This document shows, in pieces, positions 1 to 382 of a stretch of DNA of 382 bases. The notes under the pieces are model-generated. The model was given only the letters and a program-made list of their open reading frames with translations. It made no database searches and was not told where the DNA came from. Location of the stretch: assembly GCF_003334385.1 (NCBI RefSeq), contig NZ_QOWN01000186.1. One strand, given 5' to 3'. A program made the position numbers and the translations under genes. How positions within the stretch are numbered: position 1 is the stretch's first letter; the number at the start of each line of letters is the position of its first letter. The DNA comes from Escherichia coli (lineage in GTDB: Bacteria > Pseudomonadota > Gammaproteobacteria > Enterobacterales > Enterobacteriaceae).

Positions 1-1
1 C

Positions 2-77
2 GGGTCGTTAGCTCAGTTGGTAGAGCAGTTGACTTTTAATCAATTGGTCGCAGGTTCGAATCCTGCACGACCCACCA
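2..77 (+). tRNA. lysW: tRNA-Lys, anticodon UUU (window 35-37), 76 nt with encoded CCA (75-77)
   Basis: Read directly: 7-bp acceptor stem GGGTCGT/ACGACCC, D-arm GCTC-AGTTGGTA-GAGC, anticodon arm GTTGA-CTTTTAA-TCAAT (one G-U pair), T-arm GCAGG-TTCGAAT-CCTGC, discriminator A, CCA. Matches the E. coli-type tRNA-Lys(UUU) from memory. The paralog symbol is a best guess from recalled K-12 spacer lengths; lysT is equally possible because the Lys copies are identical. Confidence 0.95.
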
Positions 78-80
78 GTT

Positions 81-103
81 TTAACATCGAAGACAGATGT
101 TAA
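81..103. other. Perfect interrupted palindrome TTAACATC-N7-GATGTTAA, a potential stem-loop 4 nt after the tRNA-Lys CCA
   Basis: 81-88 (TTAACATC) is the exact reverse complement of 96-103 (GATGTTAA), with a 7-nt loop GAAGACA (89-95). The sequence is directly visible; the function is unknown. Confidence 0.6.
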
Positions 104-157
104 GCGTGTAGGATAACGTTGCGTCAGCAGCGGCCCGTAGGGCGAGCGAAGCGAGTC

Positions 158-175
158 ATCCTGCACGACCCACCA
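158..175 (+). repeat. 18-nt perfect copy of the tRNA-Lys 3' end (ATCCTGCACGACCCACCA: T-arm 3' strand, acceptor 3' strand, discriminator, CCA) inside the Lys-Val spacer
   Basis: Window 158-175 is identical to window 60-77 and to 364-381. The two bases before it (156-157, TC) differ from the tRNA (58-59, GA). It is followed by CT (176-177), as the genuine tRNA-Val CCA is followed by CTC. Confidence 0.9.
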
Positions 176-190
176 CTAATGACGGTGGGT
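168..190 (+). other. Inverted repeat ACCCACC / GGTGGGT with a 9-nt loop, a potential hairpin that would sequester the CCA-containing tRNA-Lys 3' fragment
   Basis: 168-174 (ACCCACC) pairs with 184-190 (GGTGGGT); the loop is 175-183 (ACTAATGAC). A second GGTGG follows at 193-197. No U-tract follows, so it is not a typical intrinsic terminator. Confidence 0.4.
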
Positions 191-226
191 TCGGTGGAAG
201 TAGTTTGTAGTATCCAGCGCAGTATC

Positions 227-302
227 GGGTGATTAGCTCAGCTGGGAGAGCACCTCCCTTACAAGGAGGGGGTCGGCGGTTCGATCCCGTCATCACCCAC
301 CA
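227..302 (+). tRNA. valZ: tRNA-Val, anticodon UAC (window 260-262), 76 nt with encoded CCA (300-302)
   Basis: Read directly: acceptor stem GGGTGAT/ATCACCC, D-arm GCTC-AGCTGGGA-GAGC, anticodon arm CCTCC-CTTACAA-GGAGG, T-arm GGCGG-TTCGATC-CCGTC, discriminator A, CCA. Matches the E. coli-type tRNA-Val(UAC) from memory. The paralog symbol is tentative; valT is the alternative. Confidence 0.95.
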
Positions 303-305
303 CTC

Positions 306-381
306 GGGTCGTTAGCTCAGTTGGTAGAGCAGTTGACTTTTAATCAATTGGTCGCAGGTTCGAATCCTGCACGACCCACCA
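306..381 (+). tRNA. lysY: tRNA-Lys, anticodon UUU (window 339-341), 76 nt with encoded CCA (379-381)
   Basis: Identical in sequence to the tRNA-Lys at 2-77. It starts 3 nt (CTC) after the CCA of the tRNA-Val. The paralog symbol is tentative; lysW is the alternative. Confidence 0.95.
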
Positions 382-382
382 G

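Noticed and set aside
29-34. TTGACT, a near-consensus -35 hexamer.
   Set aside because: It is the anticodon-stem region of the tRNA-Lys gene itself (and recurs at 333-338 in the second copy). It is a coincidental match with no convincing -10 partner.
78-175. An integrated mobile element or genomic island bounded by the tRNA-Lys 3' end and its 18-nt direct repeat.
   Set aside because: The bounded segment is only about 80 nt, with no integrase, recombination-directionality factor or cargo. At most it is a relic, which is kept as a hypothesis in the findings rather than annotated as a mobile element.
168-200. A rho-independent terminator at the ACCCACC/GGTGGGT hairpin.
   Set aside because: There is no downstream U-tract (the hairpin is followed by TCGGTGGAAG), and two more tRNA genes follow that must be transcribed.
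208-213. TAGTAT, a -10-like hexamer about 14 nt upstream of tRNA-Val +1, as a possible internal promoter.
   Set aside because: Only 4 of 6 positions match TATAAT, and there is no -35-like element at the right spacing (184-190 is GGTGGGT). The tRNA-Val is most simply co-transcribed with the upstream tRNA-Lys.
119-232. Open reading frame on the + strand with a TTG start at 119 and TGA stop at 230-232 (37 codons), with an AGGA at 110-113 five nt upstream. It contains an in-frame ATG at 179.
   Set aside because: It lies entirely in a tRNA operon spacer, runs through the tRNA-Lys 3' fragment and 6 nt into the tRNA-Val gene, uses a weak TTG start, and is short enough to occur by chance in GC-rich sequence. 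There is no supporting evidence for a peptide; ribosome profiling or conservation of the reading frame would be needed. A repeat-encoded small ORF downstream of tyrT is the only analogy I recall, and it is not a reason to call this one.
179-232. ATG-initiated mini-ORF (17 codons) in the same frame.
   Set aside because: No Shine-Dalgarno sequence upstream (CCACCACTA precedes it), it is very short, and it overlaps a tRNA gene.
1-382. A CRISPR-like array (repeated about 76-nt units with intervening sequence).
   Set aside because: The repeats are canonical tRNA genes with full cloverleaf structure, the intervening sequences are grossly unequal (149 nt versus 3 nt), and the repeat length is far outside the CRISPR range.

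Overview
This window is a segment of a polycistronic tRNA operon: tRNA-Lys(UUU) at 2-77, a 149-nt spacer at 78-226, tRNA-Val(UAC) at 227-302, a 3-nt spacer (CTC) at 303-305, and a second, identical tRNA-Lys(UUU) at 306-381. All three genes encode their 3' CCA, and the sequences match the enterobacterial (E. coli-type) tRNA-Lys and tRNA-Val as I remember them. The paralog names (lysW-valZ-lysY) are tentative: they rest on recalled K-12 spacer lengths that I cannot verify here, and lysT-valT-lysW is the alternative. I see no credible protein-coding gene, mobile element, CRISPR array or defence system, and I do not think the window holds a novel biological system. What merits a second look is all in the 149-nt spacer: an 18-nt perfect copy of the tRNA-Lys 3' end, possible further decayed tRNA-like stretches, and two inverted repeats. 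Nothing was computed with tools; all coordinates come from manual reading.
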